Shown: positions 8,381-20,131 of the stretch, piece after piece
How positions within the stretch are numbered: the first letter of the stretch is position 1
Layout: each line of letters opens with the position of its first letter
Assembly: GCA_963823665.1 (NCBI GenBank)
Contig: CAWGMQ010000003.1
Location: forward strand, 1,152,001 to 1,216,000
Length of the DNA stretch: 64,000 nt
Source of the DNA: an uncultured Planctomycetota bacterium
GTDB taxonomy: Bacteria; Planctomycetota; Planctomycetia; Isosphaerales; Isosphaeraceae
Direction of reading: 5' to 3'
Notes under the pieces: generated by a model
Database searches by the model: none
What the model saw: only the letters and a program-made list of their open reading frames with translations
What the model was told of the DNA's origin: nothing
Made by a program: the position numbers and the translations under genes

Positions 8381-11300
8381 CGGGGCTGATCTTTTTTCCG
8401 CCCGCCGAGATGCTGAAAACGTGATTGCCCGAAAGCACAGCGCCCGATAGGCCGGTGACGCCTGCGGGAGATCCACCGACCACGGTAATCTGGCCTCCGG
8501 TCCGCAAGGTCTGCTTGCCGGCAAACTTCAGTGTGACCGAGTCGTTCGCTGCGCTGTACTTGACCGAAAAACTCGTGATCGGGTGAAGAATGTGCCGGGT
8601 CTGCTTCTTGACCCGCTTGGTGGTGATGGACTCGACTTGATAATCGTCGGGGTTTGCCGCATCCGAGGAACTGAGCGCCGCACTGAAGTCGAACACGAAT
8701 CCGCTCAAGACCGCCTTTCCGATTGGCTTGCCTTTCTTGTTGGTTTTGCGGTGGAAGATCGCTTGTTCGCCGATGATCATAAGCGGGTTAGGAGGTGGTG
8801 TCGTCGCGCTCACGTTGAGGGTGCCGCTGGCGCTATTGCCCGCGTAGGTCGACTCACCGGCGAAACTGGCACCCACACGCCCGAGTAAATGCCGGCATTG
8901 AGGCCGGCCAGGCTCACGCCCGAGAGCGTCGCGACCCCGTTCGTGCCGGTCGTCGCCGTGCCGACGGTCGTGACCGTCCCATCCTCGTTCAGGGTGAAAG
9001 CGATCGTCTTGCCGGCGAGCGGCGAGCCGTTCGCGGTCAGCGTGCACGTCAATGTTGCAGTGCCGCCCAAGGTTCCGCTGCCGGAGACGGCCGAAAGGTT
9101 CGTGGCCTGGCCCACGGAGCTGAAATAGCTGAACTGGTACGACGACGAGGTGGGCGACGTCCCGGCGGGCGTCACCACGGTCACGTCCACCGTGCCGGTA
9201 CCAGCGGGGCTCGCGAGCGTGATCTCGGTGGCCGTATCGTTCGTGAATGTGTGGACCTGCATCGACCCGAAATCGACGGCCGATGCGCCGGCCAAGTTGG
9301 TGCCTGTGATCGTGACCGTTGTGCCACCGGTGGTCGGTCCAGTCGCCGGAGCAATCCCTGTCACAGCCGGCGGCCCGGTCGCGGCGACATAGCTGAACTG
9401 GTAGGCCGATGAGGTGGGCGACGTGCCGGCCGGCGTCATCACGGTCACGTCCACGGTGCCGGTACCAGCGGGGCTCGAAAGCGTGATCTCGGTGGCCGTA
9501 TCGTTCGTGAATGTGTGGACCTGAATCGAGCCGAAATTGACGGCCGAGGCGCCGGCCAGGTTGGTGCCCGTGATCGTCACCGTTGTGCCACCGGTGGTCG
9601 GTCCTGTCGCCGGTGCAACCCCTGTTACAGTCGGAGGCCCGGTCATGGTGACATAGCTGAACTGGTAGGCAGATGAGATGGGCGACGTACCCTCAGGCGT
9701 CACCACGGTCACGTCCACCACGCCGGTACCAGGCGGGCTCGTGAGCGTGATCTCGGTGGCCGTATCGCTCGTGAATGCGTGGACCTGCATCGAGCCGAAA
9801 TTGACGGCCGAGGCGCCGGTGAGGTTGGTGCCTGTTATCGTCACCGTCGTGCCGCCCGTGCTTGGTCCCGTCGCCGGTGCGAGCCCTGTCACAGCCGGAG
9901 GCCCGATCGCGGCGACATAGCTGAACTCGTAGGCCGACGAGGCGGCCGATGTACCGTCCGGCGTCATCACGGTCACGTCAACCGTCCCACTACCAGCGGG
10001 GCTCGCGAGCGTGATCTCGGTGGCTGTATCGCTGGAAAAGGTGTTGACCTGCATCGACCCGAAATTGACGGCCGAAACGCCGGCCAAGTTGTTGCCTGTA
10101 ATCGTCACCGTTGTGCCACCGGTGGTCGGTCCTGTTGCCGGTGAAACGCCAGTCACAGCCGGAGGCCCGGTCGCGGTGACATAGCTGAACTGGTCGGCCG
10201 ACGACATGACCGAGACACCGGCCGGTGTCACGACGGTCACGTCCACCATGCCCGTACCACCGGGGCTTGGGACCGTGATCGTGGTACTATTGACCACCGT
10301 GACGCCCGTCGCCTGCATCATGCCGAAGTCGACCACCGTACCGTCGGTGAATCCGGTACCGGTGATCGTCACCGTTGTGCCGCCCGGGGCCGGTCCCGTT
10401 GACGGGCTGACGCCCGTGACGACCGGCAGCACCGCGGTGAGCACGACCGCCTCGCCGCCGTCGGCTTGATAAGAAATGGCGAACTGGCTGCCGTCGGCCG
10501 CCGTGACCACGCTGCCCTGGGGCAAGCCGTTGAAGACGCCAGTGACGCCGCTCCCGCTTTGCACGATCGTGAAGGTGGTGCCCGCGGCGATCGCGGTGCT
10601 TGGAACGACCTGAAGTATCGCATCGTTCAGGTCGATCGATCCACTGACCACGAGCTGCGAATAAGTGCCGGCCGTGATTCCGTCGCCCGGTGTGGTCCCA
10701 TTGATCGAAACGCCCAGCGTGCTGCCCGAGGGCAGAGTGAACGCGCTGGCCGTGACGCCCAGCAGGGTGACCGACCCGCGGCTGTTGTTGGTCTTGTCGG
10801 TGCTCTGTTCGAGGTCGAGCACCAGCGACCCCGAGCCGGTGTCGAGTGTGGCGCCCGAGGTCATCGTGATGTCGGCGTCTCCGGGGTCGCGCTCGCTGTT
10901 GACGACGCCGTCGGCGACGGAGTCGTTGGCGATAAGCGATAGGTTTCCATTCGCGGTGTTGATACCCGCATTGATTAAGATGCTGCGGCCAGTCTCCAGA
11001 GTCAGGTTGCCGGGGGTGCTGGTGGGTGTCACGGTGATCGGGCTGTCGATCGTGATGTCGTCGTTGGACTGGATCGTGACGTTGGTTCCGGCGTTCAGGT
11101 CGCGGGTCAGGAAGCTCGGGGCGACGGTGATGGTCTGGCCCTCGCCGAGCGCGTAGGTCAGCTCGTTCGGGTCGGTAATGGCAACCGTGGCGCCGGCAAT
11201 GAACGAATTCCCTGACGAAAGGGGCTGAATGGCTGCGCCCAGGAAACCGCCGGTGAATGTGTTTTGGGGGTCGGGCGTTTTCTGGCCGTCGATGGACGCG

Positions 11301-14300
11301 CCGTTGGAACCATCGAACCACGTGTTGACGTCTAGGTTGCCAGGGGCGTCCCAGAACACGTAATTACCGTTGGGAAGGACGACGACTCCGGCGGCGCCGG
11401 TGTACATCACGAGGGGGATGTCGGTGAAGCTGTTTGCGCTCGAGGCGGTGCCAAGCGTCTCTGTGGTCCCGTTGAACCACGTCACCGCTCCCGTGCTCTG
11501 GTTCCACAACGGACTGATCACGACGTAATCGCCGTTGGCGAGCGCGGTGATTCCTCCGACGATTTCGGGCCCGTCCTCGTTCACGGTGCCGCCGCCGATC
11601 TCGTCCCCGGCAGTTGGACCCACGCTCGCTGTGCTGCCGACGAAGCTGTTCGCGCTGGAGACGGAGCCGTCAACCCCCGCAGTGCCGTCACCCCAAGTCA
11701 CGGCCCCTGCCTGGAAGCCCCATTGCGGACTGTCGACGACGTAATTGCCGTTGGAAAGCGCAGTCACACCTTGGCTGCCCACGCTGTCAGCGAAGTACGT
11801 GCCAACCAGGCTGTTGGCGGCTGAGACGGTGCCTACGGACCCCGTCGTTCCGTTTCCCCAGGTCACCGCCCCTGTGTCACTACTCCACCCCGGGCTGTCG
11901 ACGACGTAGTTGCCGTTCGTCAGTGCCGTGATGCCACCGCCGCTGATCGAATCGCTCAAGAGGTCTACTTTGTTTTGCGGATTGCTCCCGACCAGGCTAT
12001 TGGTGCTGGAAACCGTGCCCCTGGTTCCTGTCGTGCCGTTGCCCCAGGTTGCCGCTCCAATATCGCTGTTCCAATCGGGGCTGGCCACGACGTAGTTGCC
12101 GTTGGGCAGGGCCGTGATACCGCCGCCGCCCACCTGATCGCTCTGGTTGGAGCCTACCACGCTGTTGGCAGCGGAGACGACGCCGACGGTTCCTGTCGTC
12201 CCATTCCCCCAGGTCACCGCTCCCGCGCTGAAAATGATCGGTTCCGTGCCGACATTCCATTCGGGGCTGTCCACGACATAGTTGCCATTGGTAAGGGCCG
12301 TGACGCCGCCGTTGACTCCGGAGCCAACGGCGCCGCCGACGGGGCTGCTGGTGCCCACCAGGCTGTTGGTGGCGGAGATGGTGCCGACGACACCTGTTGT
12401 CCCGCTCCCCCACGTCGCCGCACCGGCACCGTTGTTCCAGTTCGGGCTGACCACGACGTAATTGCCGTTCGTGAGAGCGGTGACCTGATACCCGACATCG
12501 TCTTCCTCGTTGGTGCCCACGAGGCTATTGACAGCGGAGACGACGCCAGTGACGCCCGCCGTGCCGCTGCCCCAGGCCGCCATGCCCGTGCCGTCATTCG
12601 AGTCGACGTCGGATACGACGTAATTACCGTCCTCGAGAGGCGTCACCTTTTCGTCATCGCCGGTATCGTCGAACTCGATGAGGCTGTTGGCCGGCGAGAT
12701 CGTGCCAGCACTACCGGTCGTCCCGTTTCCCCACGTCACCGCGCCCTCCAAGTTGCTCCAGTCCGGGCTGGAAACGACGTAATTGCCGTTAGCCAGAGCC
12801 GTGACGCCGCCAGTGCCCACGCGGTCGTAAGCGTTGCTGCCGATCAAGCAGTTGGCGGCTGAGGCGGTGCCGGTGGTTCCTGTCGTCCCGTTCCCCCACG
12901 CCACTCCCCCGGCTCCGACATCCCAGTATGGGTCATCCACGACGTAGTTGCCGTTCGTGAGGGGAGTGATCGGGATCGCGCCGGGTTGTCCTCCGGGAAA
13001 GACAAAACTGTTGGCGGCCGATACGGTGCCGCTGACGCCAGTTATCCCGCTCCCCCAGGTCGCCGAGCCGGTGCCGGTCGCCACGAAATTGCCGTTGGTC
13101 AAGAGAGTGACCGTGGAGGCCCCATCGAGAACACTAATCAGAGCCCCGGTCTCACCGTTGTAGAGCGAGACCGTGTTCGCAAACGGGTCGGCACCGACGA
13201 TGTTGCCGGTGCTGAGCGTGAAGAATTGGTCGTCTGAGCCCGAGAGGTTGAACTGCGGAAACACGCCGTTGGTGGCGCTGACGACCAGTGCGCCCGGCGT
13301 CGTGTTGACCGTCAACGTGGCCGGCGCCGTGGTCGCGGTACCGGACGAGTTGGTGAAAACGGCGCGGTATTCATCGCCGTTCTCGGCCGCGGTGGTGTTG
13401 AACGTCAACGTAGTGGATGTGGCACCGGCAACATTACTGAACGTGGTACCCGCGTCGGTGCTGACCTGCCACTGGACGGTCGGGGACGGCGTGCCTGCGC
13501 CAGAGGCCACGAACGTTACGGGGTTTCCGGCGCTTACGACCTGACTTACGGGGTTGGTCGTTACCTCGACGTAGTTGCCGGCCACGACGGTGAGGGTTCC
13601 TGAGCCGCTGCTGCCGGAATACACCGTGTTGCCGGCGTAGCTGGCGCTCACGAAATTCGCGAACGTGCCAACGTGAAAGCCGGCAAGGGCCACAGTGCTC
13701 AAGACAGCGGTTCCGCTTGCGTTGGTCACCGAGCTGCCCACGGTCGTCGGGTTGCCGTTCTCAATCAACGTGAACTTGAGCGTCTGCCCTGCAAGACTCA
13801 CGCCGCCGGTGGTCAGGCTCGCCGTCAGGGTGCCGGCGCTGCCGGAGGTCCCCTCGCCCGAGACGGCCGAGACGGTTGTCCCCAAGAGAACGATGGTTCC
13901 GATCGTGATGGTCGCTGGGTCCTCAGTGCTGCTTGGCGCGAAATCAGGATCGTCGGGGGTGTAATCAGCGCTGATGGCATGCATCCCGAGTGAGAGCATT
14001 GCGTCTCTCGTCGTCGCCGCGCCGTCGACGAGCGCAACCGGGTCGCCGTATGGATCGCCATCAACGGAGAACTGGATCGTGCCGGTCGGAGTTGCCGGAC
14101 TTGCACTTTGGCTGGTGTTGGCCACCGTGGCTGTAAACGTGACACTTTGACCGAGGCCCGCGACAACTCCGGGTTGGGTGGTGACGGTGGTGGCAGTCGC
14201 GTCGGCCTGCACGACAAGAGTCGCAGGTTCCTGAGAGCTGCTCGGCGCGAAGTCTGGGCTGTCCGGCGTGTAGGCAGCCGTGATCGAATGCGACCCCACG

Positions 14301-15319
14301 GGAAGATCTGCGTCATCGATGGTGGCCATGCCATCGTCCAGGTCCGCCTGAGCGCCATACGAATTGCCATCGACGAAAAATTGCACCGTCCCGGTCGGGG
14401 CCGGCGGATTCGTGTCGCCGCTGATGTCGTCCACCGCGGCCTCGAAGGTCACGTCCTGACCGAAGTCCGCGTCGCTGTCCGGGGTCGTAGTAACGGTAGT
14501 GGACGTCGGGTCCGGTGGCGCAATGCTCGCGTCCAGATTGGCATCAACGAGCCACCCAGCGTTACTGATGCCGGCGGGGGCTGGAGGCGCTGGCGTTTGG
14601 CCGGCGAGGTTCTCCGAGAACGTGAGCGTGAACGTGTCGCCGATCCGAGCATGGAGCGTCCCCATCTCGTTGTCCGTGGGTCCCGGCCCGACCGGTCTGA
14701 TGATCCCGATGCCGCCCAGTTGGTCCGTCTTGGATGCCAGCGATGTGGTGACGCCGTTATACGTGTAGCTCGCCGAGTACGTGAAGCTGGCCGTCGCGTT
14801 GTTGGACGCGAACGTCTCCACGTTGAAGGAGAAGGCGAATTCCACGTTGACCGCGGCGCCAGCCCGCTCACCGGGATTCGTGGCGACGATCGTGATGGGA
14901 ACGGCGGCGCCGATATTACCGTTCGTGTCGGCCAGGCCCGTGTTCACCGCGACGCTCGCGATGCCGTTTTTGGGCACGCTTCCCTGGGACAGAATGTCGA
15001 GGTTGACACCCGGATTGTCCGTGGTCGACGCTGCGCTCGTCAGCGTGACGTTTGATACCGCCGTGCCGTCGTTATGCGAGAACTTTTGAGTAGCCGGCGT
15101 GTTCAGATTGGACAGCTCATTCTCGGCTTGGACGACCGAATCGAGCGTCGACTGCTCGGCGAGCGCACCCGAGAATTGCAGCGTCGCAAGCAGCGTCCGA
15201 TCTTCCAGCGATTCGATGCGGGGCACTCGCGTGCGACGGAACCGCGCCGAGCAACCCGCGGTCTGGTTCCGATGCATGCGGCCCCTGCCCGTGTGATGTG
15301 CAAAAGTCTTCATCGACAT
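8376..15319 (-). CDS. Giant secreted adhesin-like protein (about 2300 aa): LExRxLL leader, bacterial Ig-like domains, DUF5650-like repeats, five IPT/TIG domains, basic C-terminal module; one frameshift near 8876
   Basis: RIESLEDRTLLA; PTGTVQFFVDG...G.H.ITA.Y; repeated LTNGNYVV.SP.W...GAVTWG.G; P.VTGV.PATGPT.GGTTVTITG. ORF 8810-15319 continues into the 8376-9047 frame at GIYSG/VGASFAG. Confidence 0.85.
9120..10430 (-). repeat. Five tandem 264-bp IPT/TIG domain repeats
   Basis: TAGCTGAAC anchors at 9126, 9390, 9654, 9918 and 10182. Confidence 0.93.
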
Positions 15320-15859
15320 GACCGCACCTCGTGGTGAAGCGCTCAGCGGGTCTCACGGCTGCGACGAAAGGCGGAAAGCTCGGTGCGAGAGCGCACCGCG
15401 AGCGCGAACTCAGCATCTCTCGACAAAGAGACGTTCGTTCGCCGGAAAACTCACGCGAGGTTCGGAAAACTCTCTTTATCGACCTGCAGACGCGCTAGAA
15501 AAGCCGTCCGGCCATCTCGGCCCGATTGAACGCCAAAACAGGCCAAGGAGCGAATCGCCGCTTCCAGCACCGGACATTGTTGCCGTTCTAAGGTGTCGGC
15601 CAAGACAACAACAGTTCATGGTACAACATGCCACTCGATCACGGCAACACGCTGGTTCTGGATTTTGGCGACTGGCCAAGGCGTATGCGGTGGGTGATGT
15701 AGGGGCCGACGATCACGCGGTATGCCCCCTCGCTCATCCCTTCTGCGAACAGCAGGGCATGCAATGTAAGATCGAAACGTCGCACCGACTTGGAGTCTTC
15801 TTTCGTAGGATCTCTGCGCGGGGCGTGCGTCCGCGATCGCCCGACGGAGGCGGCTCCTA

Positions 15860-16269
15860 GTGCGCCTGTAATTGCAGCGAATCAGCAGGGTGAAAGTCCT
15901 TGCGGAGGTGTTCTGGCGCTTCGTAACCGACGGTAACTGCGTCGCCGTGAGGCGGGGTGGAGAGCAACCCGAGGTGAACCATCAGTCCGTAACGCAAGTA
16001 AACTCGATTCGGCCGATCGTCGTGGCGAGCCTGCTAGGAAATGGCGAAGCCCAATTGACGCTTGGTCCTGAAAGGGACGGCCATGGATACATGGTCCGGT
16101 AAGCCTGGCATTGAAAAACCCAGAAATGTGCCGGGACGAGGACGGGTGGTTGGAGACGGAATGATCGGAAGATTCGTTGACGAGAAGCAGGGAGACCTGG
16201 GCGGTACCAAGCCGGTGTTCATGCTCGTAGAGCCAAAGAGCCGACCGCCCAGGAGTCAAAGCATCCGTA
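15860..16269 (+). mobile_element. Group II intron 5' remnant A (domains I to start of III, no RT, no DV/DVI)
   Basis: Starts GTGCG. Has GCAGGGTGAAAGTCCTTGC, CGCCGTGAGGCG, GGCGAAGCC, a CTGGGCGG...CCGCCCAG DII-like stem, then a GGAGTCAAAGCATCCGTAG DIII-like start. Confidence 0.75.
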
Positions 16270-16359
16270 GTGTCTGCTGGGCAGTGTTTTGATCCGGAGG
16301 GTTCAAGTCCCTCGGCAGCCCGGATGAGGGGCGGCATATCCAAAGGCGCGGGTAACGCC

Positions 16360-17948
16360 CAATGGCACTAAGCTTCTACGCAATCAGTTTGCTGGGCAAC
16401 TGTTTTCTCCCATGGCCGAGGTCTTTCACTTTGGTGTCCTTGGGGCGGGGATAATGACGCCCTGGGCGTAGCGGCACGCTGTGCTTAGCGATTCGGCGGA
16501 GCAGTCGCGGTAACAGTATGGTACCGACGCGCTCCGGCGAGGCAGTCACCAGCGTCTGAACCATGTCTTGGATTTCCCTCAGAGCCTCGGTGAAGCTCAG
16601 CCTCAACGGGTCCAACCCGCGCTCCGCCGCGGCTTCGACCATCAGCCAGCGAACCATCAGGTACAACAGGAGATGGCTGCCAATCTCGTAATAGATAGTC
16701 CCTGGCGTGCGCCCTCTCAGGTTCTTCAGCCGCTGGCTGATTTTGAGCTCGCGAAAGCTGGTTTCGATTTCCCATCGGCGATGGTAGATTGCGTTATCCA
16801 GCACGCACCCTGCCTGGTGTTTGGTCGTCATGCCGATCCATTCCGCGTACGAAATCACGTTGGGATCCGTCGCGTTGGTGATTACGGCGCTGGGGCGAAA
16901 ACCACGCACTTGGTAGGCGATGCGCCGGAGCACCATTTCTTCCGGCAGGCCAAGCCTGCGCCACTTCTTGTCTTTGGGCGCAGCGAACAAGGGTGTCCTT
17001 CGGCCCCAAGCTCCGCATGCGTTTCAAGTGTGCCTGGGAAATCTCACGGATCGCGAAGAACGCCCCCTGCTGCACGATGCGGCAGAAAAGCCCGTAACTC
17101 CAAAACCCACGATCCATCAGCAGCAAGTCGTCCTTGTGCAAATGATCCATCAACTGTTCGGCCATTGTTTTCTCGGCTACGCTTTTGGGACCGACGACGA
17201 AGCGGTAGGGGACGCGTGTCAGCGGAAACTGAAGCATCACCATCCGGGCCTGGGGAATGCGACCTCCGCGGCCACCTTTAGCGGCGCCGAAATGCTTGGC
17301 TAACGCCTCATAGCGGGGCAGGTTGTTGAGGGTTCCGTCGAGGGCGATCAAACGGAAGTGCTTCCAACGAATCATGTCATCGCGCTCTTTCGCGAAGCGG
17401 TCAGCCAGAAGCAGCGACAAGGTAATCCAAAAATCCAAAGGCATGCGGGCGCGAGCTTGGACGAAAGCCTCCTCGCTGACTTGAATCGGCTTATCCCCCT
17501 TGGGGTGATGTTTCGACGGCTGCTTTTTGGTTGCCTTTCGAGCAAGCCGTCGTCCATTCCGGCCGGGAAGGTGGGGCAGCTCCAACTCGGGATCGAGATT
17601 GCCCAGGGGCGAGTTGGGGGCATCGGTAAGAATCTTGAAAGTAACAACAAGCGTGTCGGCAAAGCTCTTGGTTCCATCCAAAGCGTAAGACACGCCCAGC
17701 CAGACAAGATGCCTCAAGTTCAGAGGATTGGAAGTGACACGTCGCTGACACATGCGTGCAGCCTCACTGAAGAGGCGCGGCGTCAGGAACCGGGAAAAGG
17801 CTCGAATGCCCCGCGACTGAACTTGCTCCCAAACGCGACATCGTGCATCATCCTTGAACATCGTGGTCCTCCTGACCAAAAACGGTTTGTCACAAGCGTT
17901 TTATGCCAGGAGGACCGCGATCCTTTCAATACAAGCTTAGTGCCATTG
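16360..17948 (-). mobile_element. IS4-family insertion sequence, 1589 bp
   Basis: Perfect 16-bp IRs CAATGGCACTAAGCTT (16360-16375 and 17933-17948); 10-bp target duplication GGGTAACGCC (16350-16359 and 17949-17958). Confidence 0.95.
16376..17879 (-). CDS. IS4-family DDE transposase, one frameshift near 16982
   Basis: ALDGT, LMDRGFWSY and YHRRWEIETSFRELK (YREK signature), split over two ORFs. Confidence 0.9.
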
Positions 17949-18189
17949 GGGTAACGCCTCGCTGGCTGGGGAACGTGACCAAGGCGAACCCTAAACGGGC
18001 ACGAAGTTGTGCGTGGGCAAGATAATCGAGACGGACAACCCCGACGGCCACGCACTTCACACGGGAATTCTGGGAAGCCTGGGCAACCGAAGGATCGAAA
18101 TGAGTTTCGAACCAGCAGCCCAGTCGACGTAAACCGCGTAGTCAGAGGTGCCTGGCCGACTGAGCCGGCCGACTGAGCCGGCCCACCAA

Positions 18190-18312
18190 ATCGCGGCCGA
18201 CGCCACCGTGGCTTGGGCTGCCAAACTCTCCGTCGGGTGGGTGCAACCCACCAGGATCGCGGCCGACGTCACCGTGGCTTGGGCTGCCGGACTTTTCGTA
18301 GGGTGGGTGCAA
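18190..18312 (+). repeat. Two 66-bp units containing a REP-like hairpin GT(C/A)GGGTGGGTGCAACCCACC
   Basis: Units start at 18190 and 18256. The second hairpin is completed after the IS at 19860-19875. Confidence 0.8.
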
Positions 18313-19859
18313 CTACCCCTGTGAACATGCAGATGCGAAATTAGCTAAACTGTGATTCTACTATGCTTTGATCCCTTTGTTCCCGCGGCAGGGGCTCCGC
18401 GGGACTTGTCCAGGAGCTTCTTGGTGGCAACGTGATGAATCCTGCTCCCGGAAGTCTTTTTGGTCTTCCTGGGCTTCTTCGGGCCCCGTCGCGATCGGAG
18501 CATCCGGTCCACGGGCACCTTGGCGGCCAAGGCGCTGAGCAGTCCGGCCACTTCGCCCGCCACGCAGCCGTCCAGAAACGACCAAACCGACGGTGGTGCG
18601 GCAATCATCATCCCGGGGTAAACCTCGGCGATGTCATTGACCAGGGCGTGATTCGACACCTCATTGACCATCTCGTCGCCGTGGACCGCTCGCAGATTCC
18701 CCTTCAAGACGGCCAAGCCGTTTCCGGCAATTACAGACATGGAGAAGCCGAACAGAGCTGCTCGAGGGTATCCCAGCGTGGGGATTTCGCAATGCAGAAG
18801 GTCGGTCAACTTCTGGAAGTGCTTCTCAATTTCCCATCGTCCGCAGTAGGCCTGGCAGCACAACTCCGCCGAGGCCGTGTCCGGGAGGTTAGTTATCAAG
18901 ATGATCTCGGTCTCCCCGTCGCGGGTGGGTTGGTCCAACCTCAAGACGATCCGTCGCAGGCGATAGCGACGCCCCTCGCATTCCGGATCATCGACCCAGA
19001 TTGCTTGCTCAAGAATCTCGCCGGCCTTGCAGCGTCCGACCGACCGCAACGGCTTGATCGCCTGGAACGGCATGGTGGAAGAATGCCAGCGGACCAAGAA
19101 GAACGCTTCGGTTCGCAGGATCCGAAACACGAAGCTCCGGACGCAGAAGTTACGATCCATGATCCAGAGCTGGCCCGGCGCGATGACCACCTGATCCAGC
19201 AGCGAGCGCTCCTGGGTGTGGGCGTTCTCCTCAAGGATGAGGTCGAGCACCAGGCCACTGACCGGCTCGTAAATGGCCAGCGACATGCCCGGCAGGGCCG
19301 CCGAACGAGTCGAGCGCAGTTCATTGATGCGATGATCGGTCCCTGTCAGGATATTGCCGTCGAGGATCCTTGCTGTATATCCCGGGATCGGCTCGGGCAG
19401 GAGGCAATCAGCAGCGGAGATGAGTTCGCGGGCTCGACTGGCGGTCTCTCGTACGATGGCGGCGGCTACGCCAGGTTCCATCCGACCCAGCTTGCGGTAG
19501 AAAGCGGACAGCGAAGCCACGAGGTGCAGTTGGCGCTTCAGGAATGCCTCCCGCGGGGAGCGCCGAAAGCCGCAGGCGACATCACACATCACCTGAACGA
19601 AATGACCGAGCAAAAATTCTCGCGTGTATTGTCCCTCGGACACCTCATCAAGAATGGGGTCAATCGAAGTGCGTTCGATCATCCAATCCAGGGCGATCCG
19701 GGCCATGACCGCCGGAGCTGCCTCCTCCGCGAATGGGTCGAGTTTGGATGGGAGAACCATTGGACCTCCTTGTCCGGACGAATTGATCCAGCGCGAACCT
19801 ACCAATCCTTTTCGGCAAAAGAGGTTATGACAATTAAATCTGCATGTTCACAGGGGTAG
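18313..19859 (-). mobile_element. IS4-family insertion sequence, 1547 bp
   Basis: Perfect 22-bp IRs CTACCCCTGTGAACATGCAGAT (18313-18334 and 19838-19859); 10-bp duplication GTGGGTGCAA (18303-18312 and 19860-19869). Confidence 0.95.
18345..19805 (-). CDS. IS4-family DDE transposase, intact (start may be 19760)
   Basis: ILDGN, IMDRNF and YCGRWEIEKHFQKL motifs. Confidence 0.9.
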   Translation of the reverse strand: MVGSRWINSSGQGGPMVLPSKLDPFAEEAAPAVMARIALDWMIERTSIDPILDEVSEGQYTREFLLGHFVQVMCDVACGFRRSPREAFLKRQLHLVASLSAFYRKLGRMEPGVAAAIVRETASRARELISAADCLLPEPIPGYTARILDGNILTGTDHRINELRSTRSAALPGMSLAIYEPVSGLVLDLILEENAHTQERSLLDQVVIAPGQLWIMDRNFCVRSFVFRILRTEAFFLVRWHSSTMPFQAIKPLRSVGRCKAGEILEQAIWVDDPECEGRRYRLRRIVLRLDQPTRDGETEIILITNLPDTASAELCCQAYCGRWEIEKHFQKLTDLLHCEIPTLGYPRAALFGFSMSVIAGNGLAVLKGNLRAVHGDEMVNEVSNHALVNDIAEVYPGMMIAAPPSVWSFLDGCVAGEVAGLLSALAAKVPVDRMLRSRRGPKKPRKTKKTSGSRIHHVATKKLLDKSRGAPAAGTKGSKHSRITV

Positions 19860-20063
19860 GTGGGTGCAACCCACCAGGAATGCGCCCGGCCTGACCTTCC
19901 GACCGAAAGTCTGCGCCTCAGATTCAAGCGCTGAACGTCCTCGGCTTGACCGGAGTCATCATCCAGATCCGACTCATCTCCGATGGCGCGACATCCGTGC
20001 AGGTGCCCTGGCGAGAGTTGGTAGTGGAGAAGAAATCGTAGCCGTGCGCGAGGCTCGATCGTG

Positions 20064-20131
20064 TCCCGAAGACTGGACTTGAACCACACCCTTTTGCGAG
20101 GACCGGATTTTGAGTCCGGCGCGTCTGCCAT
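20064..20131 (-). pseudogene. tRNA-Leu(CAA) 3' fragment, copy 2 (more degenerate T arm)
   Basis: ATGGCAGACGCGCCGGACTCAAAATCCGGTCCTCGCAAAAGGGTGTGGTTCAAGTCCAGTCTTCGGGA, with the 5' end missing. Confidence 0.85.

Larger units (their letters stand above)
16270..18100 (+). mobile_element. Probable second group II intron 5' remnant B, nested in A and split by an IS
   Basis: GTGTCTGCTGGGCAG...GAGGGTTCAAGTCCCTC...GGATGAGGGG...CCAAAGGCGCGGGT looks like a domain I start and continues after the IS at 17959. The right end is approximate. Confidence 0.5.

Noticed and set aside
16960..17000. Programmed ribosomal frameshift in the IS transposase
   Set aside because: No slippery heptamer at the junction, IS4 transposases are normally single ORFs, and the site fits the GCGC error pattern.
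15860..18100. Active group II intron or retron
   Set aside because: No RT/maturase ORF (no YADD) and no recognisable domain V/VI.
18432..19859. 475-aa plus-strand ORF
   Set aside because: Antisense shadow of the transposase; no motifs.
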